NCBI GenBank assembly: GCA_963815455.1
Contig: CAWFGO010000001.1
Span: 1,280,001-1,344,000 of the forward strand
Direction: 5' to 3'
Source: an uncultured Verrucomicrobiae bacterium
Lineage (GTDB): Bacteria > Verrucomicrobiota > Verrucomicrobiia > Chthoniobacterales > UBA10450
DNA: 64,000 nt
Below the pieces are notes generated by a model. The model had not been told where the DNA came from. It ran no database searches and worked only from the letters and a program-made list of their open reading frames with translations. The position numbers were made by a program, and so were the translations under genes. Below are positions 40,332-50,599 of this stretch, piece after piece. Positions within the stretch are counted from its first letter, which is position 1; every line of letters starts with the position of its first letter.

Positions 40332-41511
40332 ATGAAAATCTGCGATCTCACTCAATTTTATTCTCCGCTCAGCGGCGGGGTGAAACGGTATGTGCACGAG
40401 AAGATCGCCTACATTCAGGAATATTCGCCGGATGACGAGCATGTTCTGGTTGTTCCTGGAGAAAAAACCGAGCTGACGACGAGCGAGCGGTCGCGAATTT
40501 ATTCGATCCACTCGCCTCTGCTTTCGCGCACATCGCGTTATCGCGCTCTGCTCAATCTGCGCGCGGTCGAAGAAATTCTGGAGCGTGAACGGCCAGACAT
40601 GATCGAGTCGAGCGATCCGTATCAGATTGCCTGGAAAGCAATCGCTTCCGGACGCGCGCTCGGGATTCCGGTGCTCGGATTTTATCATTCCCATTTTCCG
40701 GAAGCGTATTTGCGAAGCGCAGCAAAATTTCTTGGACAAACGGCAACCGAGGCGGTGATGGATTTCGCCGCGCGCTACGTCCGCAACCTCTACAATAAAT
40801 TCGAAGTGACGCTCGTGCCCTCGGAAAACCTGGCAACGGTGTTGCGTAATTGGGGCGTCGATAATGTACGCGTAGTGAAACTGGGCGTTAACATCGACAT
40901 CTTTAATCCGGGCACGACGAGCAACGAGGGCACGCGCATTTCGCTGGGCGTGGCCAGCGATCAAAAAATGCTTTTATATGTTGGCCGGCTGGCCAAAGAG
41001 AAAAACACTCAACTCTTGTTTGAAGCTTTCGGACTGCTCGAACAACGCCGTCCCGGCGATTTCCATCTTGTTGTGGTTGGCGACGGTCCGCATGGCGGCG
41101 AATTGGAGAAATTGCAGGAAAAAACCGACGGCGCGGTTTCGTGGATCCGGTACTGCACGGATTCGGTCGATCTCGCGCGCTACTATCGCGCGGCCGACTT
41201 GTTCGTTCATCCCGGAGTTCAGGAAACATTCGGGCTGGTCGCGTTGGAAAGTCAGGCCTGCGGCACGCCGGTGGTGGGAATTCGCGGCAGTTACATGGAC
41301 CGGATTATTTTTCACGAACAGGAATCGTGGGCTCGCGAGAACACGGCGACAGCGCTGGCCGATGCGATTGAAGAATGGAGCACGAAGAAGTTGTCGATCC
41401 TGGGGAAGACCGCCGCGCGAGCCGCCGGGGAGCCTATATAGCTGGCCCCGCGTGTTCGATGAACTGTTTTGCATTTATCGCGAGGTGCGCGCACACTACC
41501 GCCGTTCATGA
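40332..41511 (+). CDS. Family 4 glycosyltransferase; frameshift near 41430
   Basis: SGGVKRY; YVGRLAKEKN; ETFGLVALESQACG; terminal YSWPRVFDELF in the shifted frame. Confidence 0.9.
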
Positions 41512-42206
41512 TCGATAGCGACGACCATCAGCCGTTCATCATTCGCAGCTACCGCAAATCGGATCGCGAATCCGTGCGAAAGTTGTGCTGCAATACGGGT
41601 TTCCTGGGCGAGCCGATCGATCCGGTTTACGAGGATCGACAATTGTTCGCCGATTTCCTCACAACTTATTATACGGACTGGGAACCGGAATCTTCGTTCG
41701 TGGTGGAAATCAATGGAGAGATTCGCGGTTATCTGCTCGGGTGCCGCAAACCATTGTGGAACCAGCTCTACTCGTTCTGGCAAAACATATCGCTCTTTTT
41801 GAAAGCGCTTACTCGTTATTTCCGCTACAACGCGCGGTCGCGCCGATTCGTGCGCTGGACGCTCGTGCACGGCTGGCGCGAAGTTCCCGCCGCGCCGAGG
41901 CGAACTCCGCATTTTCACGTTAATCTGTTGCCGGACGCGCGAAAAATGTCCACCACCCGGGCGTTGATGAGCGCGTATTTGAGTTACCTCTATCGCTGCG
42001 GCGAGAAGCATGTTTATGGACAGATCGTGACCTTCGAGAGCCGGCGCGGCGAACGAATGTTCGAACGTTACGGCTTCAAAGTGGTGAACCGGGCCGAGAT
42101 CACAAAATACAAGGCGTTTCATCCGGAATCGGTTTACCTGAGCACTGTCATCAAGAACCTGGAAACGGCCGAGCCGCTCTCTGTTACAACGCGGTCACGT
42201 CCGTAG
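41508..42206 (+). CDS. GNAT-fold acetyltransferase-like protein
   Basis: IRSYRKSD; GYLLG; HFHVNLLPDAR; FERYGF; ATGA coupling to the GT4 stop. Confidence 0.8.
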   Translation: MIDSDDHQPFIIRSYRKSDRESVRKLCCNTGFLGEPIDPVYEDRQLFADFLTTYYTDWEPESSFVVEINGEIRGYLLGCRKPLWNQLYSFWQNISLFLKALTRYFRYNARSRRFVRWTLVHGWREVPAAPRRTPHFHVNLLPDARKMSTTRALMSAYLSYLYRCGEKHVYGQIVTFESRRGERMFERYGFKVVNRAEITKYKAFHPESVYLSTVIKNLETAEPLSVTTRSRP

Positions 42207-42233
42207 CATCGGCGTTCGGTAAGACCTAAGCGT

Positions 42234-43253
42234 ATGTTTCGCTTTGCGATTTTTTGGACTGCTTTCGCTGCCGGGATGTTTTCAGTTGGCGCCGCGTCGA
42301 AAGATTATCAGGTTTACATCACCAACGAGCGTTCGGGTGACGTGACTGTGATCGACGGAGCGACCGACGCGGTTGTGGCGACTTTTCCAGTTGGCAAACG
42401 TCCCCGCGGGATTCAAGTGACTCCGGACGGGAAACGGATTTTGGTGGCGTTGAGCGGTTCGCCGCGAATGGCCCCGGGCGTGGATACGGAGCGGGCGCAG
42501 GCCGACAAGGCCGCGGATGGTCTCGGCGTAATCGATCCGGCGTCACGAAAATTGATCGATCGCTGGCATGTCGGATCCGATCCCGAGCAATTCGCGATCA
42601 GTAAAGACGGTAAATTGGCAATTGTCGCGAACGAGGATGATGCCAGTGCGTTGATTGTCGATCTTGGCTCGGGCCAATCGCGTGGAAAAGTGAAAGTCTC
42701 GGAAGAGCCCGAAGGCGTCGGGGTGAATCCAAAGAATGGCGAGGTGTATGTCACGTGCGAAGAAAAAGGCGACGTGTTCGTGATTGCGCCGGACGAACAA
42801 CGCGTAGTGGCAAAAATTGAAACCGGAGGCCGGCCGCGGTCGGTCGCATTTTTGCCGGATGGTTTGCGAGCTTATGTCGCTTGCGAGAACGGCGGCTACG
42901 TGGCGGTGGTCGATGCGGTAACGCGCACATTGATTTCGAAAATCCAACTGGCCCAAGGTTCGTTACCGATGGGAACGGGGGTTTCGGCCGATGGCAAAGA
43001 GCTTTACGTCTCGACCGGACGCGCGAAAAATGTGGCGGTCATCGACACCGGGACGAACACGGTGGTCGCCACAATTCCGGTTGGAACGCGAGCCTGGGGA
43101 ATTGCCCTTAGCCCGGACGGCTCCAAGCTTTACACCGCCAACGGCGCTTCCAACGACGTTTCCGTTGTCGATGTGAAGGCGAGAAAAGAATTGAAGCGGA
43201 TCAAGGCGGGTGGCGGACCGTGGGGTGTTGCGGTCGTTTCCGCGCCAAAATAG
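42234..43253 (+). CDS. Secreted YVTN beta-propeller protein
   Basis: Signal peptide; repeated YITNE/YVT/YVA/YTAN...V.VID...VG..P.G blades. Confidence 0.9.
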   Translation: MFRFAIFWTAFAAGMFSVGAASKDYQVYITNERSGDVTVIDGATDAVVATFPVGKRPRGIQVTPDGKRILVALSGSPRMAPGVDTERAQADKAADGLGVIDPASRKLIDRWHVGSDPEQFAISKDGKLAIVANEDDASALIVDLGSGQSRGKVKVSEEPEGVGVNPKNGEVYVTCEEKGDVFVIAPDEQRVVAKIETGGRPRSVAFLPDGLRAYVACENGGYVAVVDAVTRTLISKIQLAQGSLPMGTGVSADGKELYVSTGRAKNVAVIDTGTNTVVATIPVGTRAWGIALSPDGSKLYTANGASNDVSVVDVKARKELKRIKAGGGPWGVAVVSAPK

Positions 43254-43337
43254 GCGTGGAACTTGCGGCAATTCCTTGGGAAAGCGAAGGCGGCGTGCTA
43301 CAGTTTTAGTTCGCAATCGTAGAATCAAGGGGGAGCC

Positions 43338-45364
43338 GTGAGATATTCCTATTCGAACATTATTCGTGTCAGCTTGTCGATCCTGGTGATTCCAATTCTT
43401 TCGGCAAACGCATCGGTCAACGTCACTCAGCTTCATAACAATCCTTCACGTGACGGACTCTACATAGCTCCCGCGTTCACGCAGTCGGCATCGGCCAACC
43501 TCACACGCGACACAGGCTTCAATGGCGCAATTGTCGGCAACGTTTACGCTCAGCCGCTATACGTCGAGGGCGGACCGAACGGGCCAATGGTGATCGCGGT
43601 GACCGAGTCTAACAATGTTTACGCCCTCAATGCCACGACCGGTGCCATCATCTGGCAGCGAAATGTCGGGACGCCCGTAACATCGGGTCTCCCCTGCGGG
43701 AACATTAATCCGCTCGGGATCACCGGCACCCCGGTCATTGATCTCGCATCGCGCTCGCTCTTCTTCGACGCGGAAGTTACCGGAGCTGGGCACCAAATTT
43801 TTTCCCTCAACGTCGACACGGGCGCAACCAACGCCGGCTGGCCTGTGACCGTAAGTAGCGTGGTGTCTGGGTTCGATTCGGATCGATCGCAAAGTCAACG
43901 CGCTGCGCCTGCCATCGCAGGGAACACTCTTTATGTGCCGTACGGCGGACGCTTCGGCGATTGCGGTAGCTACCGCGGCCGGGTCGTCGGCGTACAAATC
44001 AACAATCCTTCCAGCGTGATGTCTTTTGCCACAACATCGACGCGGGCGGGAATATGGGGACCTGGCGGCATCGCCAGTGACGGCACCAACATTTTCGTTA
44101 CCACCGGTAACGGCGCTGGCGGAGCGACATGGAATGGAAGCGAAGCAGTGATTCGTCTCCAACCCGGACCCGTGTTCTCCGGCTCGACCACCGATTACTG
44201 GGCGCCGACCAATTGGGCGTCGCTCGATTCTGGCGATGTCGATCTCGGCGGCTCCGGCCCAATCCTCGTGGATGTTCCCGGCGCCACGCCGTCGGCCTTG
44301 GTCGTGGCATTGGGCAAGGATGGCAACGCATACTTACTGAATCGAAGCAGCTCTCGGCGGAGTTGGCGCACCAGTTGCCTCGTCCAACGTGAACAGTGGC
44401 AGCATCATTCAGGCGGCCGTCAGTTACCGGACCGCCACGGCCACATATGTGGTTTTTCGCGGCAGCAGCAGTGCAACCAGAAGCTTCCGTATCAATGCCA
44501 CCAGTCCGCCGACCATCACCAGCACGTGGTCAGTGACCGGACAGAGCGGTCGCAGTTCGCCAATCGTCACTTCTACCGACGGCACAAATAACTCGGTCGT
44601 GTGGGTGGTCGGTTCCGCAGGTGACCAGAGGCTGCATGGTTACAATGGAGACACCGGGGCGGTTATCTTCAACGGTGGAGGCGCTAACGAGTTGATGACG
44701 GGGACTCGCGGCTACAACGCCAACGCGATCGCTGCTCGACAGCACATTTATGTCGCCGGTGACAACAAGGTCTTTTCTTTTAGCGTCCCGGTCGCGGCCA
44801 TTGCAGATTGCATCAACGGTTTCGCGCAAAGACCACGCCGGCGCGGGCACGTTCGATATTCCTATGCCCGGGATTGAATCTCGTAGCGGCGGCGGGAGCG
44901 GCGATTACACGCTTGTATTCACGTTTAGCAACAACATCGAGAGCGGTAATGCCAGCGTGACCGGGGGCGCCGGCACCATTTCGGGCACGCCGACTGTTTC
45001 CGGCAATACGATGACGGTTAACCTGACTGGCGTCACCAACGCCCAATCGGTCACCGTTACCCTGAACGGCGTGACCGATCAGTTCCTGCAAGTTCTACCC
45101 GATACACCGGTAACCATGGGTGTCCTGATCGGCGACACCAGCGCCAATGGCGTTGTCAATGCTAGCGACGTTGCGCAGACCAAGGGTCAGCTTGGGCAGT
45201 CGGTGACTGGCGGCAATTTCCGGACGGATGTGAACGCCAACGGGGCAATCAACGGCACGGACGTTAGCGTCGTGAAGTCGCACATTGGAGAAAGCCTCAG
45301 CGCACCGGAGGGCAAGAGCGCCGGGAATCGGCGCCGGCCTGCAAGAACGGCCCGTAACCCATAA
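43338..45364 (+). CDS. Secreted PQQ-type beta-propeller protein with dockerin-like tail, copy 1; frameshifts near 44350 and 44790
   Basis: VYAQPLY; VYALNATTG.IIW; GITGTPVID; D.DLGGSGP; tail SRKDHAGAGTFDI...GDTSANGVVNASD...DVNANGAINGTD. Confidence 0.8.
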
Positions 45365-45366
45365 CC

Positions 45367-47391
45367 ATGAAAAATTTATTCTTTTGCGCCGCAAGTCTTT
45401 GTCTGGCTCTAATCAATGCGCGCGGCGCGGTGAATGTCACCCAGGAGCATAACAATCTTTCGCGTGACGGCGTCTATGTCGATGCTGCCTTCACTCCAGC
45501 CGCGGCGGCGAATCTGACCCGGGACACGAATTTCAATGGTGTGATCGTGGGCAACGTGCTGGCCCAGCCGCTTTACATCGAGGGCGGGCCGAATGGTCCA
45601 ATGGTGATCGCGGTTACGGAATCGAATAACGTTTATGCGCTGAACGCGATTACCGGTAACATCATTTGGCAGAGGAATGTCGGCGCAGCAGTTCCGACCT
45701 CGCAGCTTCCATGCGGAACTATTAATCCACTCGGGAATCAGCGACACGCCGGCTGTCGATCTTGCCTCTCGCGCTCTCTTTTTCGATGCGATGACGACGC
45801 CCGATGGCGGCACGACCAAACAGCATCTCATTTTCTCGCTCAATGTGGACACAGGCGCGACCAACGCTGGCTGGCCGGTAAATGTGACCAGCGCGTTGCC
45901 CGCCTTCAATGCCGACCACCACAACAACCGCGGCGCGGTGGCGGTGGTGAACGGCATCGTGTATACCACCTACTCTGGGCACAACGGGGATTGCACGCCC
46001 TTACCACGGCTGGGTGGTTGGCGTGCAAATCAACAATCCCTCGGCCGTTATGGGCTGGGCGACGGCGGCTGTCGGTGGCGGAATCTGGGGACACTCCGGC
46101 GTGGCCAGCGACGGCACGAACATGTATGTGATCACGGGAAACACTTTCGGCACCGGTGGTACTTGGGGCGGCGGCGAAGCAATCATTCGTCTGCAGGCCG
46201 GACCTGTCTTCGCGGGCAACAGCACGAATTATTGGGCGCCGACAAACTGGCTCACTCTCGACAACACCGATACTGATCTCGGCGGCTGCAGCGCGATGCT
46301 TATCGACGTTCCCGGCGCGACGCCTTCAGCAACTCGTGCTGGCGCTTGGCAAGGATCGAAACGCTTATCTCCTTAATCGCAATAATCTCGGCGGAATCGC
46401 CGCGCCGCTTGCTTCGGCGAGTGTTTCCAGCTCGACCTTGCGAGGGCAATCCTCCTGTCACGTATCGCACTAGCATGGGGACCTATTTCAATTTCCGCGC
46501 GGGCACGAGCAACATGCTGGTAACTTATCGGATCAATCCCGGCAACTCCGCCGACCATGAGCAGCGCCTGGCTGGTTACTCAGTCCGGCGAAGGCTCGCC
46601 CTTTGTCACTTGTACGGACGGAACCAACAATTTCATCGTCTGGTGCGGCGGGCGCCGGCGGTTCACAGCGACTGAATGGTTACAACGGCGATACCGGCGC
46701 ATTGATTTTTTCCGGCGGCGGCGCAAACGAACTGATGACCGGCACGCGCAAATGGAACACCGGAATCGCCGCTCGCGGCCGGATTTATTACGCAGCCGAA
46801 CAACCGAGTTTACGCCTTCAAGGTGCCTTTCAACGCGCTCACTTTTTCTTCCGCCGTTTCGCGCAAGAATCATGGCGGATCAAACTTACGATATTTCGCT
46901 GCCCGGCATTGAGATGCCGCAGCGGCGGCGCGAGTGGCGATTACACACTCGTCTTACTTTCAGCAATAACATCGAGAGCGGCAACGCCAGCGTCACTGGC
47001 GGGACCGGCAACGTTTCCGGAAGCCCGACTTTTTCTGGCAACACTATGACAGTGAATCTGACAGGCGTCACCAGCTCCGCAGTCGCTCGGTGACAGTGAC
47101 CTTGTCTGGCGTGACGGATCAGTTTCTGCAAAGATTGTCCAGATACCCCAGTAACCATGAGCGTCCTGATCGGTGACACTAACGCTAATAGCATCGTTAA
47201 CGCGAGCTGATGTCGCCCAGACAAAAGGCCAACTTGGCTGCCCGTGACCGGCAGCAATTTCCGTGACAGATGTGAACGCTAATGGCGCGATCAACGGAAC
47301 TGATGTCAGCGTAGTGAAGTCGCATATTGGAGAAAACGTCGGCGCAGCGGAAGCCAAAGGCGGCGGGAATCGGGCGGGGCTTACGAAATAG
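45367..47391 (+). CDS. Tandem paralog of 43338..45364, broken by many frameshifts (assembly errors or pseudogene)
   Basis: Colinear matches in successive frames: VNVTQEHNN.SRDG, TPAVDLASR, GIWG..GVASDG, YWAPTNW, GGGANELMTG, dockerin-like tail. Confidence 0.7.
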
Positions 47392-47402
47392 CTGGCCGCA
47401 AT

Positions 47403-48495
47403 TCACTCCTCGGGTTGACTTCGATATTTCCAATCGCCCGGATCGCCGTTTCGTAGGCTGGTTTCTTCCAACACCGAATCTATCCGCGCGCGATTTGGCG
47501 ATAACGTGCAGACCGGGTCCGTGTTCGCGGCATTTCCGGTCAGCAACGCCGCCTGACACCGGCAGCCGCCGAAATCGATTTCTCTTTGCGGGCAACTCTG
47601 GCACGGCTCGGGCATCCATTCTGTTCCGCGGAAACGATTGAAACTTTCCGATTCTCGCCAAATCCATTCCAGCGATCGTCGCGCGGACATTTTCGAAACG
47701 CATATCGGGAATTGCGGACGAGGCGGTCGGGCAAGGCAACACATCGCCGATCGGATTGACTGTGAGATAGCGCTGGCCCCAGCCATTCAAGCATGGCTTC
47801 GGCCGGGTCTCATAATAATCGGGAAGCACATAGAAGATGTCGATCTTCCCGGCCAGGCGCGCTTTCGCTGCCGTCGCGACCTCGCGCGCGCGATCGACTT
47901 GTTCACGGGTCGGAAGCAGCGCGGCGCGATTCAGAAATGCCCAACCGTAAAATTGCACGTTGGCCAGCTCGACCCGTTCCGCTCCGAGTGTTTCCGTCAG
48001 ATCGATCATTTGCGACAGGCGATCGATATTATGCCGGTGAATCACAAAATTGAGGCTGAGCGAAATTCCGGCCGCGCGGATCGCTGCCGCAGCTTCCAAT
48101 TTTTTCCGATGAGCCCTGCCGCCGGCGATTTCGTCGGCAAGATCGACATCATCCGATTGGAAACTTAGCTGAACGGAATCGAGGCCGGCGTCGAGCAATT
48201 CTTTGGCGCGATTCTCGTCCAACCCAACACCGCTGGTGATGAGATTGGCATAAAGGTTCGAATCGCGGGCGCCGCGAACAAGCTGCGACAGATCTCGCCT
48301 AACGAGCGGCTCGCCTCCCGAAAACCCGGTCTGCAACACCCCCAGCTCGGACGCTTCACGAAAAACGCGGCGCCATTCATCCGTTGTCAGCTCGTGATCG
48401 CTCCGCAGTTGAGTCGGGTTCGAGCAATAGGGGCAATGCAACGGGCAACGATACGTAAGCTCGGCCAGCAAAGCGTATGGACGCGGCGCCGTCAT
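47403..48495 (-). CDS. pqqE: PQQ biosynthesis radical SAM peptide cyclase; frameshift near 47683
   Basis: [41 protein letters not shown] cysteines ...DFGGCRCQA in ORF 47403..47786. Confidence 0.95.
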
Positions 48496-48770
48496 TCGAG
48501 CTCAACGAGTTTGCGACGATGGAGATCTCCCAGAGCTTCCCGCACATCGACTGCGAGCGTGGCAAGATCGACATCGTAGTCCCTGGACAACTCGCCGACG
48601 ATCTCGCCGAGTGATCGACCATCGCAGCGAGTGAGAATGTCCTGCGCCGTTTCATTCAATTCCAGGATTCCCTCCGGATAAAGCAGCACGCCTTTCCCGG
48701 TAGTGCCGTCGATTTGTAACCGCACACCGCGGGCGAGGCGCGGCGTCGCGGCATCAGCGATTTCCGGCAT
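48492..48770 (-). CDS. pqqD: PQQ biosynthesis peptide chaperone
   Basis: PRLARGVRL; LLYPEG..LNETA.DIL.RCDG. Confidence 0.93.
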   Translation of the reverse strand: MPEIADAATPRLARGVRLQIDGTTGKGVLLYPEGILELNETAQDILTRCDGRSLGEIVGELSRDYDVDLATLAVDVREALGDLHRRKLVELE

Positions 48771-49455
48771 AAGCGCGATGGATGGCATCGAGAATCGACC
48801 AGAGAATATCGCACTTGAGCTGAAGTGCGCTCACCGCTTCGCGCTGGAGTTCGGGCGTGTTGCAATGCTCCAGGGTTATGGCGAGCGCTTCGTCAGAATC
48901 GCGACGCGCCTGGGTGACCCGACGCCGGAAATAATCGAGACCGCTTGCATTGATCCAGGTATAGAATTTTTCAAAAGCCGCGAGGCGCGCTGCCATTAGA
49001 TCTGGCGCAAACAATTCGGTTAATGACGAAGCGACGGCCACCGACCACGGCCGCGCGCGAGCCAGATCTACATAGGCATCGATCGCGAAACGCACTCCCG
49101 GTAACAGATGTCGATCCTCCAACAGGTCAGTGCGCGATAGCCCACACGCGTCGCCGAGGCGCAACCACGCTTCGATCCCGCCTTCGTTTTCGGAGTTCCC
49201 ATCGTGATCGACGATCCGATGGATCCAGGCCCGACGCACGTCCCGCAGCGGACAATTGGAAAGGATCGCCGCGTCTTTGAGCGGAATATTGCGTTGATAA
49301 TAAAACCGGTTCGCCACCCATCCGCGCAACGCCTCGGGCGAAAGCCGGCCTTCATTCATGGCCACATGAAATGGATGCTTGTTGTGATAAGCGCGCCCGC
49401 CAACTTCGCGCAGTTTCGCGGTAAAGGTTTCGCGGTCCCAAAGCCCGGTGGTCAC
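48754..49455 (-). CDS. pqqC: Pyrroloquinoline-quinone synthase
   Basis: YHNKHPFH; WVANRFYYQ; GGIEAW; SLTELFAP; KCDILW. Confidence 0.96.
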   Translation of the reverse strand: MTTGLWDRETFTAKLREVGGRAYHNKHPFHVAMNEGRLSPEALRGWVANRFYYQRNIPLKDAAILSNCPLRDVRRAWIHRIVDHDGNSENEGGIEAWLRLGDACGLSRTDLLEDRHLLPGVRFAIDAYVDLARARPWSVAVASSLTELFAPDLMAARLAAFEKFYTWINASGLDYFRRRVTQARRDSDEALAITLEHCNTPELQREAVSALQLKCDILWSILDAIHRAYAGNR

Positions 49456-50288
49456 AAAACGATCTCCATTCCGTCGTAGGCGGTCTCGATACCCGCCCGC
49501 TCAACTTCCGTTCGTTCTCTCGATCCCGGCATAAGAATTGGATTGGTATTATTGATATGCGTGTAAATTTTCCGCCGCGCCGGCAAATCGCGCAAGAACT
49601 CGAGGCTACCGTGGTTAATCGGCAAATGATTCATTTCCCGCGCGCTTCGCGCCTCGGGACGAAAAGCGCGCAATTCATCTTCATCCCAAAATGTGCCGTC
49701 GAACAGGACGAGGTCGGAAGTATTGACTGCCTCGCCAAGTTGATCGGTTAGTTCACCCACGGCAGGTGCAACCAGGGCGACTGCTTTCGAGGATTCATCG
49801 CGTAATTGAAAGGCAACGCTTTTCCGGAGTTCAATCGCACGAAACTCGATGCCGCTGCCCAATGGCTGAAATTCGGTGCTCGTTGTTCGCCATTCAATTC
49901 CACAGAAACGATCGAGGATCTTGTCGATCCAATTTAGCGTCGCGCGGGTTTCATCGTTCGCGTAAACGACCAGGGGCGTTTCCTGTTGCCGCAACAGCAG
50001 TAAACCGAGTGCATGATCGATATCGGCGTTGGTAAGCAAGACCCCGGCGATCGGACTATTGCGTGATGTTTTTTCGCAAGGCTGAAGAGCGGGCGCGCTT
50101 TCAATTTGCTTTGCCAGATCAGGCGAAGCGTTGATTAGAAACCAGTTCCGGTCATCGCCGCTCACTGCGACACTGGATTGCGTTTGCGGCGAAATTTTTC
50201 CAGCCCGTGCCGCAACGCAGTTCGGGCAAGCGCAATTCCATTGCGGCAGGCCGCCACCGGCCGCGCTCCCGAGAACTCGAATGCGAAT
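49452..50288 (-). CDS. pqqB: PQQ biosynthesis protein PqqB (apparent ATT start)
   Basis: Frame open upstream of 50165: (ATT)RIRVLGSAAGGGLPQWNCACPNC; NASPD; DHALGL; DGTFW; HINNTNP. Confidence 0.92.
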   Translation of the reverse strand: MRIRVLGSAAGGGLPQWNCACPNCVAARAGKISPQTQSSVAVSGDDRNWFLINASPDLAKQIESAPALQPCEKTSRNSPIAGVLLTNADIDHALGLLLLRQQETPLVVYANDETRATLNWIDKILDRFCGIEWRTTSTEFQPLGSGIEFRAIELRKSVAFQLRDESSKAVALVAPAVGELTDQLGEAVNTSDLVLFDGTFWDEDELRAFRPEARSAREMNHLPINHGSLEFLRDLPARRKIYTHINNTNPILMPGSRERTEVERAGIETAYDGMEIVL

Positions 50289-50306
50289 CGGTTTACCCCC
50301 GGCCGA

Positions 50307-50396
50307 TCAGATCGCGCCCGCGTAACAGGTGCACTCGAAAAAAATCGGCACGCTTTTCACCGCGGGTTTGATCCACTTTTTCCTGGTATTTTTCAT
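50307..50396 (-). CDS. pqqA: PQQ precursor peptide, 29 aa: MKNTRKKWIKPAVKSVPIFFECTCYAGAI
   Basis: W-x-x-P leader and E-x3-Y core; directly upstream of pqqB; preceded by a sigma70-type promoter. Confidence 0.9.
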   Translation of the reverse strand: MKNTRKKWIKPAVKSVPIFFECTCYAGAI

Positions 50397-50413
50397 TAAT
50401 CTTAGAGTTTTCC

Positions 50414-50442
50414 CTTATAGCTCCGGCCGCAGCCGCTTGCAA
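50414..50442 (-). promoter_or_regulatory. Sigma70-type promoter of pqqABCDE
   Basis: TTGCAA-N17-TATAAG on the minus strand, 17 nt before the pqqA ATG. Confidence 0.65.
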
Positions 50443-50543
50443 CAAGTTTCAGTCTCCAGTCGTTATAGCAGCAGGATCGGTGCTTGTGCTTGCACCGTCC
50501 AGGCGTTGTTTTCATGAGACGACAATCGGATTACATCGGCCGT

Positions 50544-50587
50544 TTGTGAAAGACTATGTTCCTTGCCTCAGCATGGGCCGCAGGGAT
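50544..50587. promoter_or_regulatory. Putative LysR operator, copy 1
   Basis: 28/31 identity with 53301..53331, followed by a T-N11-A box; overlaps the lysR upstream region. Confidence 0.6.
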
Positions 50588-50599
50588 AGTCTGCAGCCG

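Noticed and set aside
50307..50309. Selenocysteine recoding of the pqqA TGA
   Set aside because: The position is not a conserved Cys site, PqqA normally ends here, and I see no convincing bacterial SECIS.
50404..50517. 37-aa Cys-containing ORF (MKTTPGRCKH...) upstream of pqqA as a second precursor
   Set aside because: No ExxxY motif and it overlaps the pqq promoter; more likely chance or a gene remnant.
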